Shown: positions 20,049 through 29,940, numbered from the stretch's first letter. The stretch: DNA of 64,000 nt from Thermoplasmata archaeon (GCA_021828195.1 JAKASQ010000002.1:344292-408291); one strand, 5' to 3'. The notes: generated by a model not told the origin, from the letters alone. Numbers and translations are program-made.

Positions 20049-20121
20049 CCGGCCGACCGATTGCCCGTCGACGGCTCTGCGGCAGAGTCCGCAAGACACG
20101 GACACCGCCCTGCTCGCGAAC

Positions 20122-21063
20122 TCACTTGATCCCGTAGAGGGGTGGATCGTGGAACTCCACCCTCTCCCACACCGAGGAGGCGCGTCGGAGGTACCCGATC
20201 TCGTCCACGGTCAAGAGCAACTGAGGCGGTGGCCCGTCCCAGGCGAGGCTCTTGTAATCGCCTCGAAGGAGCGATCCCAGGATCGCGTCGCGCAGGATGA
20301 GATAGTTGTTCCGCGCGGCCTTGCGGGGTCGGATGGGACGGAACCGTGCGCCGATCGCCGCGAACGTGAACCATCCCCAGAGGGCCGCCCGTCGGGCCGG
20401 CGGTTTCGCGGCGTTCAGGGCCATCAGATCCCGAACACGGTAGTTGGCACCGATGACCTGGTCGCGCTGGGTCGCGTACATCCGCAGGAGGCGCCGGACC
20501 GAAGAGCCCTGCACGTAGCGCATCTGACGCGCGTAGGCACCCATGCGGGCGGATTGAGATCCTCTCAGGGCGACGGGCCACGCGATCAGCCCGAAGCGCT
20601 CGATCAGCGGTCCGTAGAGGTCGATGTCCTCGGCTCCGATGAGATCCCGCCAGCCTCCGACCTCCTCGATGCTCCGGCGCGAGAGGGCGCAGATTTCCGA
20701 GAAGAGCATCCGATCGGTGCGAAGCTGGAGGTAGGCCCGGAGCAGTCCACCGTAGGCGGCGGCGTAGGTGATGCTCGTATCGAAGGGAATGACGACCGCG
20801 CCCGAGCTCGCCTCGAACGCGAGCCGCCGGCCAGCTCCTCTCCGCCGTTCGGCGTGGCGAACCAGCCGGAAATCGGCGCGCTGGCGCTGTCGATGCTCGA
20901 GGAGCTCCCGGGCGCCATCGGTGCTCGGGCCGTCCGCGACGACCACCTCGTACGGCACGCCGACCCCCCGGCCGAGGACATCGATGGAATCGAGCGATGC
21001 GACCAGCCGATCGGCCGTGTTGAGATTGGTCGCGCAGAAGGAGACGCGCTCTGCGAGAGCCAT
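20122..21063 (-). CDS. Glycosyltransferase family 2-like protein
   Basis: EVVVADGPSTDGA, EVGGWRDL..AEDIDL. Confidence 0.8.
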   Translation of the reverse strand: MALAERVSFCATNLNTADRLVASLDSIDVLGRGVGVPYEVVVADGPSTDGARELLEHRQRQRADFRLVRHAERRRGAGRRLAFEASSGAVVIPFDTSITYAAAYGGLLRAYLQLRTDRMLFSEICALSRRSIEEVGGWRDLIGAEDIDLYGPLIERFGLIAWPVALRGSQSARMGAYARQMRYVQGSSVRRLLRMYATQRDQVIGANYRVRDLMALNAAKPPARRAALWGWFTFAAIGARFRPIRPRKAARNNYLILRDAILGSLLRGDYKSLAWDGPPPQLLLTVDEIGYLRRASSVWERVEFHDPPLYGIK

Positions 21064-21164
21064 GGTCACCTCCGCGTCCGAACCTTCTTCTTGAGGTTGG
21101 CGGAGCCCGGAGAAGGGCGAACGGGAACCCTCAAGCCCCCCCTCCGCTCGGGGGCTCGAGATCC

Positions 21165-21986
21165 ATGCCGGAGGAGAAGTTGCCCGACACCCCGGAGACG
21201 GAGCCCGCTCGAGCCGGCGCGCGGGTCCATTCGGCGGAAATCTTCTGCGTAGCCTGCGATCGACTCACGTCCCACCGCATCCTACACGTCGACCGCACGG
21301 GCCACCGGCCCAACGCCCCGATGCGCGGAGTCGCTCGGTGCCGTGCCTGCGGGCTCGTCCACCCGTTCTCGTCGGCTCCACCGGCCTCCGTCCAGGTCGC
21401 CGAGATCATCTCGGAAGGGCCCGCCTCCACGCGACGGATGATCCAGTTGCCCGAAGCCCGCCGGCTCCAGGTCGGAAGCGGGGTACCCGAATCCGATGTT
21501 CCGGTGATCATCCACAAGATTGAGAATCGCCTGGGCCGTCCCGTGCCCGAGGCCCGGTCCGAGGAGATCGGGACCTTGTGGGTGACGCGCGATCTCGGTG
21601 CGGTCGTGCCCGTCTCGATCGTCGAAGGTCGCCGCACGCGCCCCGCCCGGCTCGTCGTGCCTCGGGAGACGATCCTCGTCGTGGGCGAGCGGATCCGAGT
21701 CGAGGAGACCGAGATCGTGATCGCCGGGCTGCGCGCCCGCGCTCGAAGCTGGCGAAAGCCGGGCGACGCCTTCCCCGCGGGCGAGGTCATCCGGCTCTAC
21801 GGGCGGCGCAACGTGATGCCGCCGGCGGGAAGGAGCGACTGGAGGAGCGATCGGGAGATCCCCAGCTCGCGGGCGAGTACGGACTCCCGTCCGGACCGGA
21901 CCCGTTCGTCCCCCGGTGTGAGAAGGACGCGCAGTCCCCCGCGGGGAGCGAACGCCGAGGGCGGAGCGACCGTCCACAGTTCGTGA
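21165..21986 (+). CDS. HVO_0476-like archaeal zinc-finger protein
   Basis: CVAC...HRIL...RCRACGLVH zinc ribbon followed by two similar beta domains ending IGTLW and VIRLYGRR. Confidence 0.75.
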   Translation: MPEEKLPDTPETEPARAGARVHSAEIFCVACDRLTSHRILHVDRTGHRPNAPMRGVARCRACGLVHPFSSAPPASVQVAEIISEGPASTRRMIQLPEARRLQVGSGVPESDVPVIIHKIENRLGRPVPEARSEEIGTLWVTRDLGAVVPVSIVEGRRTRPARLVVPRETILVVGERIRVEETEIVIAGLRARARSWRKPGDAFPAGEVIRLYGRRNVMPPAGRSDWRSDREIPSSRASTDSRPDRTRSSPGVRRTRSPPRGANAEGGATVHSS

Positions 21987-24031
21987 CCCTCGTAGGTCAC
22001 GGTCCCGATCCCGAGCTCGAGCGGCAGGTCCTTCAGAACGTTCTTCGTCCCCTCGATGACCCAGGCTCCCTTCGCCACGAACTCCCCGGTGTTCGGGGAT
22101 TTCGATACCTGCTCCGGCTGGACCCAGAACGCCGAAGCCGAGGCGAGACCCGCGCGCCAGGCCTTCGAGAACGCCACGGCCCACTGGGCCGCCTCGCGGA
22201 TCGTCACCTCGGTGACCGCCGGTCGTCCCGGATCGGGCCGTTTGACGATCACGCTCGCCGCGCCATGGAGATCGGCGTGCAGGTACACGTCCCCCTCCCG
22301 CAGGTGGCGACGCACCACGAGATCGTTCGAGGCCGCATCGCGCCCCGCGATCACTATCGCTCCTTCGGAAGAGAGGAACCAGCGGTAGCGTTCGAACCAG
22401 CGGGGTTTGCGCGCCCGCGAGGCCGGAGTTTCGGCCGAGGGGGCCCGCGCGGCGGTGCTCGGAGTCTGGGCAAGGCGCGCCTCCGTCTCCGCCAGTGCGG
22501 TGCGGGCCCCCCGGAGCTTGCTCTGAAGGCGCTTGCCTTCCTCGTAGAGTGCCTGGGCCGATCCTTGCAACGGTCGATCGAGCTGCAGGGGGATGGAACG
22601 CTCCCCGAGACGGACGGCCACCTCCCGCTTCTCCGAGCCCTCCGCGCGGGCCCGTGCCAGGGCGGCCTCCGCCTCCTGGTAGTGAGCATAGATCGACTCT
22701 GCCTGGGCACTGAGCTCTTGTGCGGCGGATTCCAGGGACTCAATCGCGGTGCGCTGGCGGGCCGCCTGCCGTTCGAGGTCCTCCCGCGCCTTGTCGACCG
22801 CCGAAATCTCGACAGGCACGGCCGCGGTCGTGACCGTGCGGAAGTACCGATAGGCGGCCTCGCCGAACGTGGGGGTTTCCACCTCTCGGACCGACGGGTC
22901 GGCCGCCCAGCGCAGCCCATGGTAGGGGCTGGCGTCGACAGGAACCCCGTCGCGCTCGTAGAGGTATCCTCGGGGAGGATCTCCGAGCTCTGCGTAGACT
23001 TCGCGGATCGCGCGAAGGAGGGCCGGGGCGATCCGTGTGGCGTCGGTCGACGCGGGTCCGTCCGGGATGCCGGACCTTGCGAGGATCTCCTCGGCGATCG
23101 GACCCCCGAGGGCGAGCCGGGCCGCGAGCGTGCTCGAGAGATCCGTCCGGGAGCGGGCGAGCTCTCGTTCGAGCGTCTCGCGGTCGGCACTCCAGGGGTC
23201 CGCCCGCTCCGGCGGGCGAGTGTACTCGGCCCCGACCCGCATCGTCCGGTGCGCCCATGTCCGAGGTCGGGCGACGGCGGCGATCTGTCCCCCTCGGGTC
23301 ACGAGCAAGTTCCCGGGTCCGAAGATCTCGAGGATCAGTCCGAGCTTCTCGCCGTCCGCACGCCGAAACTCGAGCTCGACGTACCGCTCCCCACGCGGTT
23401 CGCTCACCGTGTGAAGGATCGAACCGGAGAGGAGCCGGCGCAGCTCCTTGGCAAGGGGGGTCAGCTCCTCGGCGTGCTCGGCCCGCTCCTCGACCAGCGC
23501 CCCGTAGCGCCCGGGCACGAGCACGAGCTCGCGGCGGCCGGCCGATGCGGACCGCATGGTGACGGACCAGCCTCCCCCCGGGAGGTCGAACGCCTTGTCA
23601 ATGCGCCCGTGGACGGCCCTTCGGAGCTCGCGCGAGAGCGCGAGCATGTCGAGGGCGCTGAACCGGTCCTTGGGCGTGGGCTGAGACGTGACATCTTCCC
23701 CCGAACTCGTTCGGGGGCTTCCTCGGCGCGGTGTGGCGCCACCTTCACCGGCCCCACTTACAAGAGGGTGTTGCGCCCCCCTCCCTTCGGGGAGGGGGGT
23801 TTCGGATGGGGTGTCTCCATCCCTGGTGTCCGTCTCCGGCTTGGGTGCCACACCGCGCCGGACGGTTCCTGCTTCACGGACCCGGCTCGCTCCCGAGGGA
23901 GTGGAGGCCGCAGTTTCTGCAGGTGCGAATACCCCGGTGCCCCCGGGTACGACGGACCCGTGTGGTGCGAGTACTTCAGGCTCGCTAACCCCCCTACAAG
24001 TAGGGGGGCCTGCGCTCGCCGGCTTCGTCAA
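21797..24031 (-). CDS. rqcH: Ribosome quality control factor Rqc2/RqcH (NFACT), interrupted in frame by a 339-nt element
   Basis: FSALD..ALSREL N-terminus, EIFGPGNLLV, WFERYRWF, GRDAASND, HADLHGA, QVSKSP.TGEFV.KGAWVI; proposed TTG start at 24031 (alternative GTG at 24055). Confidence 0.9.
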   Translation of the reverse strand: MTKPASAGPPTCRGVSEPEVLAPHGSVVPGGTGVFAPAETAASTPSGASRVREAGTVRRGVAPKPETDTRDGDTPSETPLPEGRGAQHPLVSGAGEGGATPRRGSPRTSSGEDVTSQPTPKDRFSALDMLALSRELRRAVHGRIDKAFDLPGGGWSVTMRSASAGRRELVLVPGRYGALVEERAEHAEELTPLAKELRRLLSGSILHTVSEPRGERYVELEFRRADGEKLGLILEIFGPGNLLVTRGGQIAAVARPRTWAHRTMRVGAEYTRPPERADPWSADRETLERELARSRTDLSSTLAARLALGGPIAEEILARSGIPDGPASTDATRIAPALLRAIREVYAELGDPPRGYLYERDGVPVDASPYHGLRWAADPSVREVETPTFGEAAYRYFRTVTTAAVPVEISAVDKAREDLERQAARQRTAIESLESAAQELSAQAESIYAHYQEAEAALARARAEGSEKREVAVRLGERSIPLQLDRPLQGSAQALYEEGKRLQSKLRGARTALAETEARLAQTPSTAARAPSAETPASRARKPRWFERYRWFLSSEGAIVIAGRDAASNDLVVRRHLREGDVYLHADLHGAASVIVKRPDPGRPAVTEVTIREAAQWAVAFSKAWRAGLASASAFWVQPEQVSKSPNTGEFVAKGAWVIEGTKNVLKDLPLELGIGTVTYEGHELWTVAPPSAFAPRGGLRVLLTPGDERVRSGRESVLARELGISRSLLQSLLPAGGITLRRP
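23688..24026 (-). mobile_element. Non-autonomous IS200/IS605-family element (PATE-like) with a TnpB omegaRNA-like scaffold
   Basis: Follows TTGAC; left guide CAGG plus hairpin CCCCCCTAC-TT-GTAGGGGGG; right guide GAAG plus hairpin CCCCCGAAC-GA-GTTCGGGGG, ending GATGTCAC; internal CCTGC...GTGAAGCAGGAA; no tnpA or tnpB. Confidence 0.8.
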
Positions 24032-24072
24032 CGTACCTTCCGCCTCGCCGAACACACCGACCCGACGGCGGG

Positions 24073-24080
24073 CCTTAAGG
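24073..24080. promoter_or_regulatory. Palindromic TATA-like box between the divergent rqc2 and acyl-CoA dehydrogenase genes
   Basis: CCTTAAGG is the clearest TATA-like sequence in the short gap; similar CTTAAG/TTTATA motifs precede many genes in this window. Confidence 0.5.
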
Positions 24081-24120
24081 GTTGGTTGGCATCTGCGCGG
24101 GCATGCGCCCGGCGGGGATC

Positions 24121-25248
24121 ATGGGCACGCCCGACTGGCGGCAGCGGGCTCGAAGGTTCGTGAGCGAGCGCCTCGCTCCGATCGCGGCAGATATCGATCG
24201 AACCGACCAGGTACCTTCCGACCTGATGGCGATCCTCGGCAGGGAAGGGTTCACGGGCCTCGGCATCCCGGCGGAGTGGGGGGGGAGCGATGGGAACTCG
24301 GAGTCGACCGCAGCGGTCCTCGAGGAGCTCGCAGGGGCAAGCGCGGCGGTCGCCACCGATCTCTCCGTCCATCTCTCGGTCTGCGCGGCCCCGATCCTCC
24401 GATGGGGGACCGATGCGCAGCGAACGCGATTCCTTCGCCCGCTCGCGGCGGGCCGTTTCCTCGGTGCGTTCGGACTGACCGAGCCCGGGGTGGGCTCCGA
24501 CGCGGCGCGTCTCGCCACTCGATACGAACGAGCGCCGAACGGCTTTCGACTCCGCGGCTCGAAGATGTTCATCACCAACGGTGCATCCGCCGCCGTCGTG
24601 CTCGCCTTCGCCACGCGCGACCCCGCTCTCGGTTCCCGGGGGATCTCCGCCTTCCTGGTCCCCCAAGGCACTCCGGGGTACTCGGTCGCTCAGCGCCTGG
24701 ACAAGATGGGGATCCACGGGAGCGAAACGACCGAGCTCGTCTTCGAAGACGCCCACCTTCCCGAGGACGCTCTGCTCGGAGCGGAAGGAGAGGGACTTTC
24801 GATCGCGCTCGGCGCGCTCGCCGGGGGCCGGATCGGCATCGCCGCGTGCGCGCTCGGCGTCGCACGTGCCGCCTTCGAGGAGATGTGCCGGTCCGCCCGA
24901 CTTCGCAGCCACGAAGAGGATCGCGCCTGCGTGGCGCGCGCCTACGTCGAACTGGAGTCCGCCCGGGCCCTGGTTGAGGCTGCGGCGCGCGCGAAGGACG
25001 CCGGTCGACCCTTCGAGATCGCCGCCTCCGCCGCGAAGCTGGCCGCTTCGGGAGCGGCGGTCTCGATCGCGTCGGTGGGGCTCGACATCGCGGGCCCCGC
25101 TGGGACCCGGGCCGGGCATCTGGCGGAGCGCCTGTTGCGCGACGCTCGGGTCTTCCCCATCGTGGAGGGCACGACCGAGATCCAGGAGCGGCTCCTCGGC
25201 CGCTCGCTGATCGAGCAGGGTGGACCCTCCGCCGAGCGAACCCCTTAG
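24121..25248 (+). CDS. Acyl-CoA dehydrogenase family protein
   Basis: AFGLTEPGVGSDA, GSKMFITNG, KMGIHGSET, GRIGIAA, IVEGTTEIQ. Confidence 0.9.
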   Translation: MGTPDWRQRARRFVSERLAPIAADIDRTDQVPSDLMAILGREGFTGLGIPAEWGGSDGNSESTAAVLEELAGASAAVATDLSVHLSVCAAPILRWGTDAQRTRFLRPLAAGRFLGAFGLTEPGVGSDAARLATRYERAPNGFRLRGSKMFITNGASAAVVLAFATRDPALGSRGISAFLVPQGTPGYSVAQRLDKMGIHGSETTELVFEDAHLPEDALLGAEGEGLSIALGALAGGRIGIAACALGVARAAFEEMCRSARLRSHEEDRACVARAYVELESARALVEAAARAKDAGRPFEIAASAAKLAASGAAVSIASVGLDIAGPAGTRAGHLAERLLRDARVFPIVEGTTEIQERLLGRSLIEQGGPSAERTP

Positions 25249-25273
25249 TAACGTCGCGAGGTCACAACCACGG

Positions 25274-27562
25274 ATGCCGCGGTCCCGCTCCTCGCATGCA
25301 TCGCCGTCGTCTCCCCCTGCGGCGTCCGCCCCCGTCGCCTCATTTGGGCTCGACCCGGAGTGGGTGCGCATCCTCGGAGAGCAAGGGATCGAGTCGTTCT
25401 ACCCACCCCAGGCCGCCGCGGTGGGGCCGGTCATGGCCGGCGAGAGCCTGCTGCTCGCCTGCCCCACCGCGAGCGGCAAGTCCCTGATCGCCTACCTCGC
25501 TCTGCTGCGCGCCGCTCGCGCGGGCCGGACCGGGCTCTACCTCGTGCCGTTGCGCGCGCTCGCACGGGAGAAGGCGGAGGAGCTGAAGGCATTCGAGGAG
25601 CTTGGCGTCCGCGTCGGGATCTCGATCGGGGACTTCGATCTGCGCGCAGACCAGCTCGAGCGCCTCGATATCCTGGTCGCGACGAGCGAGAAGGCCGATG
25701 CGCTGCTGCGCCGCGGGAGTCCCTGGCTCGATCGGCTGGGGGTCGTCGTCGCCGACGAGGTGCACCTCTTGAGGGACCCCGATCGAGGACCCACGCTCGA
25801 GGTCAGCCTCACCCGATTGCGGCGCTCCTATCCGGATCTGCAGCTCGTGGCCCTTTCCGCCACGGTCGGTAATTCCCTCGCGGTGGCCAAGTGGCTCCAA
25901 GCCCGCCACATCGCGAGCGACTTCCGGCCCGTTCCGCTCAAGAGCGGCGTGTACTACGACGGGCGGATCGCCTTCACCGATCTGTCGATCCGCGAGATCC
26001 CGGGAAACACCGAGGCCGTTCCACGCCTCGTTCGATCGGTGATCGAGGAAGGGGGCCAAGCGCTCGTCTTCGTGAACACGCGGAAGGCGAGCGAAGTGGC
26101 CGCCCAGGGCCTCACGGGCACGGTCCGCCCGCTCTTGTCGGGGGAGGAGCGGACGCGGGCCCACGCGGCGGCGGAGGAGCTCGGGAGCGTCTCGGAGGAG
26201 GAGACGGAGGGCGTCCGCAAGCTCGCCGCTCTCGTTCCGCACGGCGTCGCCTACCACAACGCCTCGCTCACGAACCCGGAGCGGGAAGTGATCGAGCGCG
26301 CGTTCCGCGAGCGTGCCTTGAAGGTGCTCGTCGCGACGCCCACCCTCGCCGCGGGCATCAACCTGCCCGCGAGGCGCGTCATCGTGCGGGACACCTATCG
26401 CTACGACGATCGGCTCGGCATGCAGGCGCCGATCCCCGCCCTGGAGGTGCACCAGATGTGCGGGCGCGCGGGCCGACCCCGGTACGACACGGTCGGGGAG
26501 GCCGTCCTCATCGCCCGGGATGCCGACCAGGAGGAGCGACTGTTCGATGCGTATCTCTCGGCGCCCCCGGAAGATATCGAGAGCCGGTTGGCGGCGGAGC
26601 CCGCGCTCCGGATGCACATCCTCGCACTGGTCGCGAGTGGAGCGGTGGCGACCGAGGAGGAGCTCGAGTCGTTCTTCGGCGCTACGTTCTACGGCCAGAC
26701 GCTTCCCTGGCGCGATCTCGCGGACCAGGTCCGGCGGGTGCGCAGCTTCCTGGAGACCAACGACTTCCTCGCTCCCTCGCCGGGTCTACGCGCCACGCCG
26801 TTCGGACAGCTGACGAGCGAGCTCTACCTCGATCCCCTCAGCGCGATCGTCGTCCGGCAGATGCTCGATCGAGCGCCGATCGGCGTGCGCCCGTTCGCGA
26901 TCTTGGCCGGCGTCGCAGCCACTCCGGACCTGCCGCCGCTCTTCCTGCGGCGCGGGGAGGAGTCGAACCTGCTTGGACGATTCACGGACGAGGCGGAGGA
27001 ACTCTTGATCAAGCCGGAGGAAGCACCGCTCGACCTCGACCTCGATTTCTTCCTGTCGACCATCAAGACGGCGAGCGTGCTCGAGGCCTGGATCGATGAG
27101 ACCCCGATCCTCGAGATCAGCGAGCGGTTCGGGATCGGCGCCGGGGACCTGCGCGCCAAGGTCGAGGACGCGAACTGGCTCCTCTTCGCATCGAGCCGGA
27201 TCGCCGCGCGCTTTCACCGGCGTCTCACCCGGCCGATCGATGATCTCTCCCTCCGGGTGCAGTACGGGGTCCGTGAGGAGCTGCTCGATCTCGTGCGGCT
27301 GCGGGGCATCGGGCGGGTGCGCGCACGCGCGCTGCGCCGGGCGGGATTCCCCGACCGGGAGACCCTTCGCGCCGCCCCGCTCGACCGCGTGGAGCAGGCG
27401 CTTCGATCGCGCAAGCTCGCGGAGTCCGTACTCAGTCAGGTGCGGCGACCGGGGAGCGCTCCCCCGTCGGAGATTGATCCGGGGGAGCCCACCCCGACGA
27501 CCACGGCCCGCCGACGCTCGGTCCGGACCCTTGAGGAGTATCCCGACCCGGCGGAACCGTGA
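25274..27562 (+). CDS. hel308: Hel308/Ski2-like DNA helicase
   Basis: PTASGKS, DEVH, LSAT, TPTLAAGINLPA, QMCGRAGRP, C-terminal GIGRVRARAL. Confidence 0.93.
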   Translation: MPRSRSSHASPSSPPAASAPVASFGLDPEWVRILGEQGIESFYPPQAAAVGPVMAGESLLLACPTASGKSLIAYLALLRAARAGRTGLYLVPLRALAREKAEELKAFEELGVRVGISIGDFDLRADQLERLDILVATSEKADALLRRGSPWLDRLGVVVADEVHLLRDPDRGPTLEVSLTRLRRSYPDLQLVALSATVGNSLAVAKWLQARHIASDFRPVPLKSGVYYDGRIAFTDLSIREIPGNTEAVPRLVRSVIEEGGQALVFVNTRKASEVAAQGLTGTVRPLLSGEERTRAHAAAEELGSVSEEETEGVRKLAALVPHGVAYHNASLTNPEREVIERAFRERALKVLVATPTLAAGINLPARRVIVRDTYRYDDRLGMQAPIPALEVHQMCGRAGRPRYDTVGEAVLIARDADQEERLFDAYLSAPPEDIESRLAAEPALRMHILALVASGAVATEEELESFFGATFYGQTLPWRDLADQVRRVRSFLETNDFLAPSPGLRATPFGQLTSELYLDPLSAIVVRQMLDRAPIGVRPFAILAGVAATPDLPPLFLRRGEESNLLGRFTDEAEELLIKPEEAPLDLDLDFFLSTIKTASVLEAWIDETPILEISERFGIGAGDLRAKVEDANWLLFASSRIAARFHRRLTRPIDDLSLRVQYGVREELLDLVRLRGIGRVRARALRRAGFPDRETLRAAPLDRVEQALRSRKLAESVLSQVRRPGSAPPSEIDPGEPTPTTTARRRSVRTLEEYPDPAEP

Positions 27563-28640
27563 ACCACTCCCGTACCGGCGATAGGAAGTGCAGAACGGAC
27601 TGCGTTCCCCCCATGCCGCCGGGTCGGATCTCTCGCCGCACGTAACCGGCCTGTTCTAGCCGGATGATCCGACGCCAGAACGTCGTCGTCGGTAAGGGGC
27701 GCGCGCCCTCGGCCCTCGCGAGGAGCGCTTCCCAGCGGCGGATATCCCGCAAGGGGACCGATTCGCGGTCGGCCGCGCGCGCGAGCGCGCGCACGACGTG
27801 CCGTTCGATCAACAGGTCGAGCCGGGACTCGAGCGGCCGATAGACCGATCCCGGACGGATCGCGCTCGGACCGAGGATCTCCCGACGCACGAGGTCCATG
27901 GCTCGGGAAACGCCGCAGCCATCCCGACGGACGCGGGCGGTGACCCGCTCGAGGATCGTCTCCGGCGCGGATCGCCCGAGCGCGCGCTCCATCCGGTCCC
28001 GAAGGATCGCCCCGAGCTCGGCGTCCGAGTACGGAGAAACGCGGACCCAGCGCTCGGGCGGGGGTCGTAGCCCGAATCCTCGGGTCGCCCCTTCGAGCCC
28101 CTCCCGCCGGCCGGCGAGGATGAGGAGAATGGAGGGAACACCGCTCTCGCCCTCCGGCAGGAAGCGTTCCGGGTCGGAGAACGCGCGCAGGAGGACGGCG
28201 AGATCCGGCCCTCCCACCCCGATGTCATCGAGCAGGATCAGGGCGACCCGCCGATCGCGGTGGAGCCTCCGGAGGAACCCCGCGAGCACCTCCACGACGG
28301 AGAACCCGCGACCGTCGAAGCCCGGATCGAAGTAGCGCAGAAGCGCGGAGGCCACACCGAGCCCGGTCCGGCAGCCGCGGGTGCGCACGGCGTACAGGCG
28401 GGTCTCCGACGGGCCAGGCGAGCTCCGCTTCCGGGCGGCGAGGGTCCGACCGGCCGCCCGTGCCACGGTGGACGTTCCCGACCCCTCGGGCCCCTCCACG
28501 AACACCATCGGCGGAGAACGGGGGTCCTCCGGCGGGTGTTCCAAGAGACGAACGGCTTGGGCGACTTCACGGGAGCGTGCCAGCGGCACCGGAGGCAACC
28601 AATCCGGGCCGAGGATCTCGGGGTGCACCGCGTTCAGCAT
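27432..28640 (-). CDS. Divergent Orc1/Cdc6-like AAA+ protein with a C-terminal winged helix
   Basis: L.PDWLP..PLAR..E, Walker A-like GPEGSGTS, RGFS, ILLDD, PYS.AEL..IL.DR, C-terminal LEQAGYV...GG.GGT. Confidence 0.7.
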   Translation of the reverse strand: MLNAVHPEILGPDWLPPVPLARSREVAQAVRLLEHPPEDPRSPPMVFVEGPEGSGTSTVARAAGRTLAARKRSSPGPSETRLYAVRTRGCRTGLGVASALLRYFDPGFDGRGFSVVEVLAGFLRRLHRDRRVALILLDDIGVGGPDLAVLLRAFSDPERFLPEGESGVPSILLILAGRREGLEGATRGFGLRPPPERWVRVSPYSDAELGAILRDRMERALGRSAPETILERVTARVRRDGCGVSRAMDLVRREILGPSAIRPGSVYRPLESRLDLLIERHVVRALARAADRESVPLRDIRRWEALLARAEGARPLPTTTFWRRIIRLEQAGYVRREIRPGGMGGTQSVLHFLSPVREWFTVPPGRDTPQGSGPSVGGPWSSGWAPPDQSPTGERSPVAAPD

Positions 28641-28809
28641 GACTGGTGGAATGCTATGTATTATAAGAAATCTAATACTCTCCCATGCATCGTCCATCCC
28701 GATCGGCGCGGGCCGATTCCCGGGATGGGTGGAGGGGCTCCGGGGGAGCGGGGGCCCGGCAGCACGAATCTTAAGACCGCGCGCGCCTCCGCGCGCAAGG
28801 AATGGTACC

Positions 28810-29926
<1,117 letters not shown>

Positions 29927-29940
<14 letters not shown>

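Noticed and set aside
23680-24035. BHB splice motif at the junctions of the rqc2 insert
   Set aside because: TGAC/GTCA can form a 4-bp helix, but the flanking stems do not pair, so EndA splicing is not supported.
23700-24050. RNase P or SRP RNA
   Set aside because: GAGGAAG and GCAGAAAC look-alikes are in the wrong order and the SRP helix 8 motif is absent. IS200/IS605 ends explain the region better.
28640-28800. Replication origin next to the Cdc6-like gene
   Set aside because: The AT-rich tract is short and no ORB repeats are visible; a promoter is the simpler explanation.
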